IMG/VR virus record: IMGVR_UViG_3300032304_002285
Location: 96,001-160,000 of that record
Source: a virus
Length of the DNA: 64,000 nucleotides
Strand: one strand, 5' to 3'
Shown here: positions 1-13,919 of the stretch, one piece after another
How positions within the stretch are numbered: the stretch's first letter is position 1
Layout: each line of letters opens with the position of its first letter
Notes under the pieces: model-generated
Told to the model about the DNA's origin: nothing
Databases searched by the model: none
Seen by the model: only the letters and a program-made list of their open reading frames with translations
Position numbers and translations under genes: made by a program

Positions 1-2
1 TT

Positions 3-1703
3 GCCAACGAGGAGTTGAAAAGCGTAGAAGGGTTGGCAAATGAGATGGGGCAAAAGATTTTAGAGGCTGCTTCTTCATTCCAGGATGTTTTTAGCTCATT
101 ATCTGAGGATGTTAAGTTCAAGGCTGTTTCTAAAAAGATGGACTTAAGCTCAGCCATGAATGAGCTTGCTAATTATTCGGATAGCTGGAAATCCATGACA
201 AAGGAATCTTTTGAAATTTCATTAAAGGCTTCCCAAGAACGTCTTAAAATGGAGAAAGAGGCAATTAAATCCACACTGCCTGAGAAGATGAAAAGCATTA
301 ATGATTATTATGATTCTTTGTTAAAGAAGGGTGAGGACCCTAATAAGGTTGAGGCTGGAAGACAAAGTTCCATTAATAGTCTTCAGGTGGGTGTATTGGA
401 AGAGTTGGCGAAGAAAGAGGTTGAGCAAAAGAGATCGGTTGTTGAGGCTGCTAAAAAAGAGATGGATCTTGCTGATGCTCATATAGAAGCAAGACAGCAG
501 GTTGTAGAGGCAGAGGCTTCATTCTTGGCTGATATTGGTGGAAGCTGGAAGCAGGTTCTTGATCTTCAATATCAGAGTGTTGCCTATGAGAAAGAGAAAG
601 CTGATATAGCTGCCGAATATACTAGGAAGCTGGAGGCAAGCGGGGAAAGGGGCTTGGTGTTAGATCAGGCAAGAAGCGCTGCACGTTTGGCTGAATTAAA
701 GTATCAACAGAAGGCTCTTGGTGCTCAAAGAAATGCCTATGAAAAACTGGCTGGTATGGCTTTCGGTTCCATAAGGGATTCTTATGGTATTCGTAGCAAT
801 ACCAATTCGCCTACGTTTATGATGGGAAGAGAAAATACCCAAGTAAAGACAAGATCGGGTATGTATAGAAGCGCAGGCAAGGAAGGTGTTTTGTCTATTG
901 AGCAGCGTTCAGCAAATGCTCAGCTTGCGGGTTTTGGTACACCAGCAGGGGCTAAAAAGCCAACAGATGAGGTATTGGACAAATCCATGTCCGAATTAAC
1001 TCAGTCTATGGCTCAAAAGAGTGACATTGAAAAGCAAGTGGCTTTTGCCATGAACTCTGCTAAATCCAATGAGGAGACATCGAAAGCAACCCAAGAGTTG
1101 GTAGGGTATGCTTCTGATACTGTTGATGCTATAACAGAGTTGGCTGGTTATTTGACAAAATCCGGGTCTGGTCAGGGCATCAGGAAGCAAGAAAAAGAGC
1201 AAACACTTTCTTTGAAGAAGGTGGCTATCAATGAGAAGAAGGTTCTTTCAAAAGAAGAGCTTCAAAAGAAAGAGGATGATAAAATAGCTAAGGAGTTTTC
1301 AAATCCGTTTGTTGGTAATTATGCTGTTAGTGGACAAAAAACAGATGATTACCAAGCTCAATTGGATGAATCTCCGGGAGAAAAATGGAATAGAGAGCAT
1401 GGAATGAATACAGGAGTTTCTACTGAGACTGCTGGTGTTGGTGCTCAAAAAGAAACCGTATTCCAACGTTCTGCTGGCGGATTGGAGACTGCTCCGGGTC
1501 AGTCTGTTGGGTTTGCTGGTATGGGCGGGGAGTCTAGCTCTGCTGGTGGTGTTGCTAAGGTTACTGGTGAAATCACTGTAAAGTTTGATAATAAGTTGTT
1601 TAAGGCTCAGGTTGCCCAAATTGTTGGAGAGGTTATTAGAACTGCTGATATTCGTAAGGCACTTACTCAGCAAGGTTTTACAAATAGGATGAACGGTGCA
1701 TGA
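3..1703 (+). CDS. Probable tail tape-measure protein, C-terminal part (5' truncated by the window edge)
   Basis: Frame is open from position 3. Long Ala/Glu/Lys/Gln-rich helical sequence directly upstream of baseplate/fibre genes; its stop overlaps the next start (ATGA at 1700-1703). Assignment rests on composition and synteny only. Confidence 0.5.
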   Translation, partial: ANEELKSVEGLANEMGQKILEAASSFQDVFSSLSEDVKFKAVSKKMDLSSAMNELANYSDSWKSMTKESFEISLKASQERLKMEKEAIKSTLPEKMKSINDYYDSLLKKGEDPNKVEAGRQSSINSLQVGVLEELAKKEVEQKRSVVEAAKKEMDLADAHIEARQQVVEAEASFLADIGGSWKQVLDLQYQSVAYEKEKADIAAEYTRKLEASGERGLVLDQARSAARLAELKYQQKALGAQRNAYEKLAGMAFGSIRDSYGIRSNTNSPTFMMGRENTQVKTRSGMYRSAGKEGVLSIEQRSANAQLAGFGTPAGAKKPTDEVLDKSMSELTQSMAQKSDIEKQVAFAMNSAKSNEETSKATQELVGYASDTVDAITELAGYLTKSGSGQGIRKQEKEQTLSLKKVAINEKKVLSKEELQKKEDDKIAKEFSNPFVGNYAVSGQKTDDYQAQLDESPGEKWNREHGMNTGVSTETAGVGAQKETVFQRSAGGLETAPGQSVGFAGMGGESSSAGGVAKVTGEITVKFDNKLFKAQVAQIVGEVIRTADIRKALTQQGFTNRMNGA

Positions 1704-4192
1704 GCAATCCAACAGTAACAGTAGGTAGTACTATTCCGGTTCCTGCTGATCCATCTTTGGTTCGGAATGTATTTTCGTTATTGCAATTTACTTCTCAAAC
1801 ATTTAAGAATTATAAATTAGCTGAGAGGGCAACTTTTTCTCCCTCTGGTGCTGGTGATTTATTTTTCATGTCTGTTCCTCTTGGTGATTTATTGGCTGCT
1901 AAGCCTGGGTTTACAACACAAGAGGCATGGGATAAGAATGATAAGAATTTCATGTCTGTTTTTGTGACTCCTGCTGAGACAATGAATGCAGTAATGCCAA
2001 AGATAATAATTCCGTCAGATGCTCTTGTTTCTAATGGGGTGGATTCTTCTGGCGGTTCTAGTGCATGGTGGGCTTTTGACGCTAGCTATAAAGACTTGTT
2101 TAATTGGAAGATTTTAACTGTAAATGGTAGTGCTATATCTGCCAGTGATTATTATCAATATGCTCAGGTTGGTGGCAATTTTGCGTCTCAATATGTTGTT
2201 TCTAAAAAGCCAGATGATACAACCGCGAATAATGTAGTGGTTTGGGAATTGAATAACCCAGCTAATCCCCCTTTAGGAAGCTGGGATGAGACAAAGCTAG
2301 TTGGGGGTGGGGCTTTCATTATGATGTTGAATGTTACCCCGCTAAATCCTTCAAATGTTGATCCTGATCAGGTTCAACAAAAATCATGGAGTGTAAAAAT
2401 AGAGTTTGGTGATGTTACCATGACGTTGAACCAAACTGGAGCATTGGATGTTGTATTGACGGGGACAGGATCTTCTCAAGATAATCAAAAGGCGAATTTG
2501 ATTTCTGGTCAGGCTTCTCAGGCTTCTCCACAGAAGGAGCAAATGAACGAAAAGAATCCTTATTGGATAACTGTTTATCCGGTATGGAATGGCATTGTTG
2601 TAACAAGTGGTATTTCGGATTCACCGGCTGCTTTGGCTTCTACTGCTCAATATATTGTAAAAAACAGAAAAGCATCCATTAGGAATTCTCCATATTCTAC
2701 TTGGTTTAATCCAGTATCCCCAGCAGACGTTGCTGTTACTTCTCCTGCTGATGTAAGTGTAAATTTTGGGACCAAAGTAACTCTTACAGCAACAGCTTGT
2801 GGTTTGGATTTTTCTTATGTTCCTTGTTTTTATACAACGGATGCTTCTTTTGATCAATTCTTTATAGCCAATGATGATATTCCGAATCAAATATCTTATG
2901 ATTTTGATATGTATGCTATTTATACATTAAATGGCACAGCTTATACTTTAACAAAAACAATTTCTAGTACTGGCGTTGCTGGCTCTGCTGCTCAAACTCA
3001 TTTTGAAAAATGTGCATGGGATATGGCATTGGCTGGTGGAAAGTTTTTAAGATATGCTCCTCAAGTTTTTGGTTCTGTTTTGGCAGTAGAAGAGACAAAT
3101 CAATATCCGATAAAAAATGGCAATGGGGCATTTAGTCTAACTTGGTCGGGTGGTACTCCGGGTGATCCTAGTCCATCAGCAAGCTGGCAGGATTATATCC
3201 AATCTATAAGTGTTACCTTGAGTGAAGACGGTTCAATGGGATCTATTGTTGTTGATAAATATGGGATTGCAGGACAAGATGCTGTGGCTGTTCAGAGCAT
3301 TGGTGCTATTACGATTGATGCAACAGGGGGATTTGGGACTGTAGCAGGAACCATTTTTAAAGGCTTGGGAATGGGGATTGCTGAAAACATAAATTCAGAC
3401 GGGTCTTCCTGGACAATTCCTCTTGTTGGGTTGGAAAAGAAGCTTGATGATATTGCCTTGATAAATATTCCATACTTTGATGGGAAGACAATTTCTGACG
3501 CTGTGATCTTCTTATGTAAGTATGCTGGAATTACTTATGATTTTACTTCTGCTGCTGGTACTACAGATAAGCTTGGAATTTCTGAAGATTTAAATGTTCC
3601 TCGTTTTGATTGGAAAACAGGTACAACTGTAAAAACAGCTTTGGATCAAATAATGGTTGAGATGGGTTTTCGTTATTTGGTTATTGATGGGGTTGTTCAT
3701 TTGTATGATATTAATACTTCGGGTATGCCATCAACTCCGGGTCCTGATAGAAATGCAGGAGGAACGGTTTACCCAAATACCAAAGTGATCACAATAGATC
3801 GGACTCCTGATTTTGAAGATTTAAGAAATGAGGTTGTTTCTACTGCGATGAGGGCAGTTACGGATGGGGAGAATGCTCAATTTGATGATATTCCTGTTGA
3901 TCCTCTTTTGGTTGCAAAATCTCAAACAACTACTCCGGATATTCCATGGTCTCGTGCTGCATTTTTTGCTGAATCTGGCTTGATGACGTTGAGCGAATTA
4001 ACTACCATTGTAAATAAAAGATTGAAGTTGTCTAAGAAATATAACATTTCCGGGAAGACAACAATTCCAGGAAATGCTAATATTAAACCCTTTGATGTGT
4101 GGAATGGATCTTATATTGGAAGTGTGACGCATAATTTGGATTTTATAGGGAAGTCTTGGACAACGGATATAGAGTTGTTTACATATGGATAA
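1700..4192 (+). CDS. Large virion structural protein, probable tail/baseplate hub-like (830 aa)
   Basis: Beta-rich Thr/Ser/Gly composition and position after the tape measure. The C-terminal third resembles tail hub proteins. Confidence 0.45.
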   Translation: MSNPTVTVGSTIPVPADPSLVRNVFSLLQFTSQTFKNYKLAERATFSPSGAGDLFFMSVPLGDLLAAKPGFTTQEAWDKNDKNFMSVFVTPAETMNAVMPKIIIPSDALVSNGVDSSGGSSAWWAFDASYKDLFNWKILTVNGSAISASDYYQYAQVGGNFASQYVVSKKPDDTTANNVVVWELNNPANPPLGSWDETKLVGGGAFIMMLNVTPLNPSNVDPDQVQQKSWSVKIEFGDVTMTLNQTGALDVVLTGTGSSQDNQKANLISGQASQASPQKEQMNEKNPYWITVYPVWNGIVVTSGISDSPAALASTAQYIVKNRKASIRNSPYSTWFNPVSPADVAVTSPADVSVNFGTKVTLTATACGLDFSYVPCFYTTDASFDQFFIANDDIPNQISYDFDMYAIYTLNGTAYTLTKTISSTGVAGSAAQTHFEKCAWDMALAGGKFLRYAPQVFGSVLAVEETNQYPIKNGNGAFSLTWSGGTPGDPSPSASWQDYIQSISVTLSEDGSMGSIVVDKYGIAGQDAVAVQSIGAITIDATGGFGTVAGTIFKGLGMGIAENINSDGSSWTIPLVGLEKKLDDIALINIPYFDGKTISDAVIFLCKYAGITYDFTSAAGTTDKLGISEDLNVPRFDWKTGTTVKTALDQIMVEMGFRYLVIDGVVHLYDINTSGMPSTPGPDRNAGGTVYPNTKVITIDRTPDFEDLRNEVVSTAMRAVTDGENAQFDDIPVDPLLVAKSQTTTPDIPWSRAAFFAESGLMTLSELTTIVNKRLKLSKKYNISGKTTIPGNANIKPFDVWNGSYIGSVTHNLDFIGKSWTTDIELFTYG

Positions 4193-4204
4193 GGAGAATT
4201 TTTA

Positions 4205-4408
4205 ATGTCTAGCGTAGGTAAGTGGTTTAGAGGAGCGATGACAAGTGATTCTGCTGCTAGGCTTTCTCAATATAGGACAATGGCAAAGACGGGTCCTAAT
4301 TATGTTATGACAGGGGAACCAACAAAAGATCCAGATAAAGCTCCTCCTGATGTTAATTATATTATAGCGGGTCAGTCTGAAGTTGGCGGGGATGAGGTGG
4401 CAGGATGA
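4205..4408 (+). CDS. Hypothetical protein (67 aa)
   Basis: RBS AAGGAG at about 4191-4196; stop overlaps the next ATG. Confidence 0.6.
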   Translation: MSSVGKWFRGAMTSDSAARLSQYRTMAKTGPNYVMTGEPTKDPDKAPPDVNYIIAGQSEVGGDEVAG

Positions 4409-5325
4409 TTTACAAAAATAAAACTAAAATTCTTGGCATTCCTGTTCATGGTCTTGGAGATCGTATTATTCCAGAAGTGGAATTGCAACGATTTCAGATT
4501 ATTGAGAACATGCTTATTGCAGGAACACAGGGAGTAAAAAATTGTGTTTTTGATGATGGGTTGTTTTCTATTGATCCAGAAACAGAAAACACTTTCATTG
4601 TTACACTGAAGGCGACTGGTTGTTCTCCATCGGCTTCAGGGTTGGTTGGTGGGGCTTATTTTTTTGGTTCTCCAGTCCTTTCATGGAAAAACTTAAACAG
4701 GGGTTATGTTTATCATCTTTATCTTCGTGGGTTAAACAAAACCTTTGAAGATCCGTCTTCTATTGCAGAGGTTTCTTCTTTATATCCAATAGAGGGGGAT
4801 AATGTCTTAATCGCCATTGCAGATTGTAGGGCAGATGTTCCAAAAATTAACACCAATCCCGATGGCAAGGTTTATTCTTGTGATCTTGCTGCTCATATTA
4901 ATGACGTTGAAAATCCTCATGGTAGGTCTGTGATTCAAGATAAGCTTTATGTTCGGGAAAAAATTTGTTTATATAGTCCTGAAGGTAAAGGAGCAGAAGT
5001 TGAGATTTTGGTTGATGGTGTTGCAAAACAAATTCCTGTAAATTTGCTCCCCGGAGCGGCATTAGAGCTTGCAGGAAGAAAGGTTGTGACTATAGATTTT
5101 CTTTCTTTAGGTTCCGCTGGAAAAATAATTGAAATTCCAGATATTAATAAGGTGTTGTTTGTTCAGGTGTCTCGGAGGTTTTCCGATAATATGGATAAGG
5201 TTTTGGGAGAAACTATGATCGGTTATTATTCAGAAGATCCAAGCCTCCACCTTCCTTCCGAATTCTCTGTTTATAATTCCGGGGATTCTGATATCCCTTT
5301 GAGAGCATTAGCTTATTGCTGGTGA
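4405..5325 (+). CDS. Hypothetical virion/tail-associated protein (306 aa)
   Basis: Long ORF translationally coupled to its neighbours inside the structural module. Confidence 0.55.
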   Translation: MIYKNKTKILGIPVHGLGDRIIPEVELQRFQIIENMLIAGTQGVKNCVFDDGLFSIDPETENTFIVTLKATGCSPSASGLVGGAYFFGSPVLSWKNLNRGYVYHLYLRGLNKTFEDPSSIAEVSSLYPIEGDNVLIAIADCRADVPKINTNPDGKVYSCDLAAHINDVENPHGRSVIQDKLYVREKICLYSPEGKGAEVEILVDGVAKQIPVNLLPGAALELAGRKVVTIDFLSLGSAGKIIEIPDINKVLFVQVSRRFSDNMDKVLGETMIGYYSEDPSLHLPSEFSVYNSGDSDIPLRALAYCW

Positions 5326-5331
5326 GATTAA

Positions 5332-9528
<4,197 letters not shown>

Positions 9529-9530
9529 GT

Positions 9531-11747
9531 ATGGCTCAAATAATCACAGGAAGTCGTTGGTCTAGTCCAAGACCTTTGACATATCGGTTATTAAACGGGA
9601 ATGATATTCTTTTAGATCCTTATACAAGCGTTGCTGAGGCTGATCTTGGTGTTATTGAAAGTCCAGTAGAAGGGCAGATGGCTATAGATTCATTAGGGAT
9701 AAGTTGGCAGTATTTGTCTGGGAGGTGGGGTGCATTTATTTTTGACCCATATACAAAATTACTATTGCACGGATTTAGTTATAATGGTTCAACAACTATT
9801 ATAGATAGTTCGCCATATCCTAAATCTTTATCCATTGTTGGAAATACTAATATATCAACAACTACATCAAAATTTGCTGATAAAAGTAGTATATATTTTG
9901 ATGGAAGTGGAGATTATTTAAATGCTGAAAACTTTGCTAGCTGGAATTTTTCAACTAATAATTTTTGTTTAGAATTTTGGCTTAGAAGTTCAGCTTCTAT
10001 TACAAACTCAAAATATATTTGTTATTTAGAAAATACTGCTGGTACAGAATATATTAGCATTTCACTAAATAATCGTTATGATGTTGGTGGGCCAGATTAT
10101 GGAATTATTGTGGGTGTAAATGCGTCATGGATGGGTTATGGAGCAAATGGCAGTTTGACAGATACTAATTGGCATCATTTTGCATTAGTAAGAAATGGAA
10201 ATACTATACTAATGTATATTGATGGAAATTTAGGTAATAGTTTAGCATTTTCAAATCCTATAAATCTCCTTGGCACAAAGAAATATTTTGGTGGTTATGG
10301 ACCAGACTTACCGCAATATAGTATTGATGGATATATGTCTGATATTAAATTATCTGTTGGTACTGCACGATATACTGATGAGTTTACACTTCCTATTATT
10401 CCACATTCAGATTTATCAACGGGTAATGACGGATATACATCATTATTAATTCATGGTACAGGAAGTGATGGAAGTATATTAATCCAAGATTATAGCCCAC
10501 AAACAAAGAGCGTATCCATTGTTGGGAATACGAATATTTCAACGGCTCAAAGTAAATTAGGGAATGGTTCAATTTGTTTTGATGGGAGTGGTGATTCTAT
10601 AACAGTTGCAGATAATGTAGATTTTAGTTTGGGTAGTTTAGATTTTACTATTGATTGTTGGGTTTATTTGACAACATTGGATCAAAATCAAGTTTTTTGG
10701 TCTTCTGTTTATACTGATGGTGCGTTTTCTTTCAGTTTTAATCATGCAACTTCGGGGAAACAGGGTTTGAATATTGGTTGCTGGTCTACCGGATGGGTGT
10801 TGGTATTTTATATTTATCAAGGAAATAAAACTGGTTGGACTGTTAATAGTTGGAATCATGTAGCAGTAGTTAGAAGTGGGAATATAATTACATTATATCT
10901 TAATGGGGTTGCGGTTGCGAATGGGTCATGTTCTTCCGCTATTCCTGCTTATAATCAACATTCAATAGGCAGTGTGATTTCAGAACAATATTTAAACGGT
11001 TATATGCAAGAATTTAGATTTTCTAAAGGAATAGCCAGATGGGTAGATAATTTTACTCCTAACAGCCTGCCATACAAAGGTGGAGAATGGGACGGGGTTG
11101 ATGAATACACAAAGTTATTATTACGTTTTGATGGAGTTAATGGTCAAAATACAACAGTAGATAGTAGTCAGTATAATCACACAATTTCTATGTATAATGG
11201 GGCTAATTTAACAACAACCGTAAAATATTTTGGTACTACTGCATTGTTGTTAGATGGTTCAGATGATTATTTATCCACGCCTCAAAGTAGTGATTTTAAT
11301 TTTGCTGGTGATTTTACGATAGAGTTCTTTGTAAGCTTTAATAATCCTGCAAGTCTTGGATATTTAATAGGTAATGGTAATTTGCAACTTGGAACAGATG
11401 GGTGGTCAATTGGAAGGAATTCTGGTGGTTTTATTTGGATATCTTATACGGGGGTTTCTATAAGTTGTAATGCCGATGGTTGGACAGCAGGAATATGGCA
11501 TCATGTTGCTCTTGTTAGAAGTGGAAGTTCAATAAAAGTATATAGAGATGGAGTTCAAGATACTAGTCAATACGCAACAGCAACAGATTCGTCTAATTGG
11601 GTTTCTTCTAATCCACTACAGATAGGAAAGGCTCCTGCTGGCAATAGTTATATGTTTTCGGGGTATTTGGATGAGGTTAGAATATTGAATGGATATGCTA
11701 AGTATACCCAAAACTTCTCGGTTCCTTACAAGCAAGTTGGAGTATAA
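9531..11747 (+). CDS. LamG/concanavalin-A-like domain protein with three tandem lectin-fold repeats (probable fibre/receptor-binding)
   Basis: Three repeats of FDGSxDYL...FTIxxW...WHHxAxVRxG...GYxxExRxxxG.ARYxxxF. Start moved to ATG 9531, just after the collagen gene stop. Confidence 0.85.
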   Translation: MAQIITGSRWSSPRPLTYRLLNGNDILLDPYTSVAEADLGVIESPVEGQMAIDSLGISWQYLSGRWGAFIFDPYTKLLLHGFSYNGSTTIIDSSPYPKSLSIVGNTNISTTTSKFADKSSIYFDGSGDYLNAENFASWNFSTNNFCLEFWLRSSASITNSKYICYLENTAGTEYISISLNNRYDVGGPDYGIIVGVNASWMGYGANGSLTDTNWHHFALVRNGNTILMYIDGNLGNSLAFSNPINLLGTKKYFGGYGPDLPQYSIDGYMSDIKLSVGTARYTDEFTLPIIPHSDLSTGNDGYTSLLIHGTGSDGSILIQDYSPQTKSVSIVGNTNISTAQSKLGNGSICFDGSGDSITVADNVDFSLGSLDFTIDCWVYLTTLDQNQVFWSSVYTDGAFSFSFNHATSGKQGLNIGCWSTGWVLVFYIYQGNKTGWTVNSWNHVAVVRSGNIITLYLNGVAVANGSCSSAIPAYNQHSIGSVISEQYLNGYMQEFRFSKGIARWVDNFTPNSLPYKGGEWDGVDEYTKLLLRFDGVNGQNTTVDSSQYNHTISMYNGANLTTTVKYFGTTALLLDGSDDYLSTPQSSDFNFAGDFTIEFFVSFNNPASLGYLIGNGNLQLGTDGWSIGRNSGGFIWISYTGVSISCNADGWTAGIWHHVALVRSGSSIKVYRDGVQDTSQYATATDSSNWVSSNPLQIGKAPAGNSYMFSGYLDEVRILNGYAKYTQNFSVPYKQVGV

Positions 11748-11760
11748 GGACGTACTATAA

Positions 11761-12060
11761 GTGAATCCACAGATACAAGAAGGAACAACTAGCATTCTCA
11801 TCCTTGCTTCTGGGGATATTATGGGTTTTTGTTGTTGTTCTGATGGATTTATTTACAGATATGATCCTTGTACTGTAAAAATTCAACCGTATGCTTTTAA
11901 GTATGATCCTTGTATTGTGTGGTTTTATAATTTTACTTATGAATATGCGGCTTGTACTTATTATGAAACTCAGCTTTCTTATGAATATGCGGCTTGTACT
12001 TATTATGAAACTCAGCTTTCTTATGAATATGCAGAATGTACTTATCCAAGTTATTATTAA
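11761..12060 (+). CDS. Small Tyr/Cys-rich protein with internal tandem repeat (99 aa)
   Basis: GTG start with a purine-rich upstream region; fills the gap between flanking genes. Confidence 0.6.
   Translation: MNPQIQEGTTSILILASGDIMGFCCCSDGFIYRYDPCTVKIQPYAFKYDPCIVWFYNFTYEYAACTYYETQLSYEYAACTYYETQLSYEYAECTYPSYY
11938..12045 (+). repeat. 42-bp tandem repeat, about 2.6 copies (YEYAACTYYETQLS)
   Basis: Identical units at 11938-11979 and 11980-12021, with a diverged partial third unit. Confidence 0.9.
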
Positions 12061-12084
12061 GATAAAGTTAAAGGATTTAGTTTT

Positions 12085-12870
12085 ATGGCTAATATTAGAG
12101 TTCCAATGAATTTTGGGGAAGCTTGTCGAGTTAATGGCATTGCTTATGGCAAGGTTTATGATGCGGGAGTTAGCGTAACGGGGGTTGTTTATGTTGCTAA
12201 TAATTTGTGGAGAGTCCCTTACGTTGCTCATGGTTTGGTTGCAGGATGCGGTGTTTATTTAAGTATATCTGGTACTGGTGGTTCGTATTCAGGGACCTTG
12301 CCTGTTTATTCAGTAATAGATGCTGATAATTTTTATGTTATGAATATTACTGGAATATATATAGGTCATTCTTCCAGTGGTATATGTAAGAAGACACAAC
12401 CTTCAGTTGGCCAAGCAACAGATTCGATAGAGGATGGGGACGCAACCGGATATGCTGATTATACTTGGTATTATGATGATAATGGAAGAGGGGGTGGGGG
12501 TGCTCATAGAATTTGGACGGCTTGCCAAATGGCTGTTTGTAATTTGCCAGTAAATTGTCACGATGTTTATGCTGGAGAACCTGTAAATGAAGTTTACAGG
12601 ACTCTTAGCTTAATTACAGTAACCAGAAGTGGAGTTCTGAGGGTGTGGCATGATTATCGGGAAAGAGGCGCGATAGCTGGTTATATTTATATAAATGATG
12701 TTTATGTAGGAACGACCGAAGGTGGTCAAAGTAATGCTGTTCCATATAGATTAATAGCAGGTGACGTAGTAACAGCAGCTACTAAATGGGCGAAGTCCCA
12801 TTATAGTGTGCCAGGGTATGACTTACAGGGTCATGTTGGATCTGTCTTTCTTCCTTATACTTGGCCATGA
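12085..12870 (+). CDS. Virion-associated protein, paralog A (N-terminal FCCH-like beta-barrel)
   Basis: HGL..G..V.....G.....G...V..V.DADNF pattern. Shares YTWYYDD, HRxWxxC, AGDV and VFLPYxWP with the next gene. Confidence 0.6.
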   Translation: MANIRVPMNFGEACRVNGIAYGKVYDAGVSVTGVVYVANNLWRVPYVAHGLVAGCGVYLSISGTGGSYSGTLPVYSVIDADNFYVMNITGIYIGHSSSGICKKTQPSVGQATDSIEDGDATGYADYTWYYDDNGRGGGGAHRIWTACQMAVCNLPVNCHDVYAGEPVNEVYRTLSLITVTRSGVLRVWHDYRERGAIAGYIYINDVYVGTTEGGQSNAVPYRLIAGDVVTAATKWAKSHYSVPGYDLQGHVGSVFLPYTWP

Positions 12871-12878
12871 GGTGATTC

Positions 12879-13661
12879 ATGTCAGATGCTACTACTGTTT
12901 ATGCTCCTAATAATTATGGTTATGCTTGGAAGCATTTTTCTACCCATACAACAGTAACAGGGGGTGAAACTTCCCTTGCGACTTGTTATGGGTTGGTGAG
13001 GTTTCCTGAGACAAATGTAACGGGTGAGATCAATAGTAATTATGTAATGGAAATTGTATGGCCTAGTCATGGCATGGTATTAACAAATTTTGTAAAAGTA
13101 AATATGGTTAACAGTTCAGCGAATGTGGTTGATGGAACCTATCCTGTGGTGATGATTCCGGACGCTGATCATTTTGTTATTTCATTTCCAGGATGGATGT
13201 ATAATGGGAATTACACAGGGACGGCTCAGCTTCAACAGCCACTTCCTGGAGTTCCAACTATTTCTGTTGGCGCAACCGATGTTTTGAATTATCAGTCATA
13301 TACTTGGTATTATGATGATAGTTCTTTGGGTTTAGGACCTGTACACAGAACTTGGGACCCATGCGATGTATGTGTAAGTCAATTGCCTCAGCACTCTAGA
13401 TTAAACATCCTTCACACAGAGATGCCAGTTGAATTTACCGTTCCACTTGATGGAGTAATGAGATTTTGGAGTAGCACTGCTTTTTTTTTCCGTGTATCTA
13501 TCAATGGATATGTTTGGTATACTCCGACAAATCCCGCGTTTTATTATGCTTATCCATTGAGGGTAAAGGCTGGTGACGTAATAAAAATGGAGCTTGGAAG
13601 TGGAAGTGGTGACTTTTCTTATGTTTTTCTTCCCTATGAATGGCCCCCAACAACCCCTTAA
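12879..13661 (+). CDS. Virion-associated protein, paralog B
   Basis: Same motif order as 12085-12870; RBS GAGGTG. Confidence 0.6.
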   Translation: MSDATTVYAPNNYGYAWKHFSTHTTVTGGETSLATCYGLVRFPETNVTGEINSNYVMEIVWPSHGMVLTNFVKVNMVNSSANVVDGTYPVVMIPDADHFVISFPGWMYNGNYTGTAQLQQPLPGVPTISVGATDVLNYQSYTWYYDDSSLGLGPVHRTWDPCDVCVSQLPQHSRLNILHTEMPVEFTVPLDGVMRFWSSTAFFFRVSINGYVWYTPTNPAFYYAYPLRVKAGDVIKMELGSGSGDFSYVFLPYEWPPTTP

Positions 13662-13672
13662 TCTGTGTTTTT

Positions 13673-13903
13673 ATGATTGATGTAGAAAAACTTAAAGAAG
13701 CCTTGGTTCATTCTATTTTTGGGCGGTATAATGAGGCTGCACAGCTAATTGTAGCCAGTAGGGCTCCTGCTGTTGGGTTGAGAGTAGAAGACATTAGAGA
13801 GGCTATTTTAAGGGTAGAGAGTCAAGAATTACAAGAGGGTCATGATTTCCTTCCTCATCCTGATTGGAGACCCAACACGGGTTCTGGTTGTTGTTGTAAA
13901 TAG
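13673..13903 (+). CDS. Hypothetical protein (76 aa, ends GCCCK)
   Basis: Start moved to ATG 13673 to remove the overlap with the upstream gene. Confidence 0.55.
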   Translation: MIDVEKLKEALVHSIFGRYNEAAQLIVASRAPAVGLRVEDIREAILRVESQELQEGHDFLPHPDWRPNTGSGCCCK

Positions 13904-13919
13904 AGAAAGGTGGCTATAG

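Noticed and set aside
11938-12045. 42-bp repeat as a CRISPR array
   Set aside because: The units are contiguous with no spacers, in frame in a CDS, and no cas genes are present.
13481-13489. T9 homopolymer as a phase-variation or slippage site
   Set aside because: It lies in frame (AFFF) in an intact gene, and I saw no sign of a recoded alternative product.
12085-13661. Paralog pair or the 179-bp collagen repeat as DGR template/variable repeats
   Set aside because: No reverse transcriptase in the window. The pair is too diverged at nucleotide level, and the 179-bp copies differ at only a few mostly synonymous sites.
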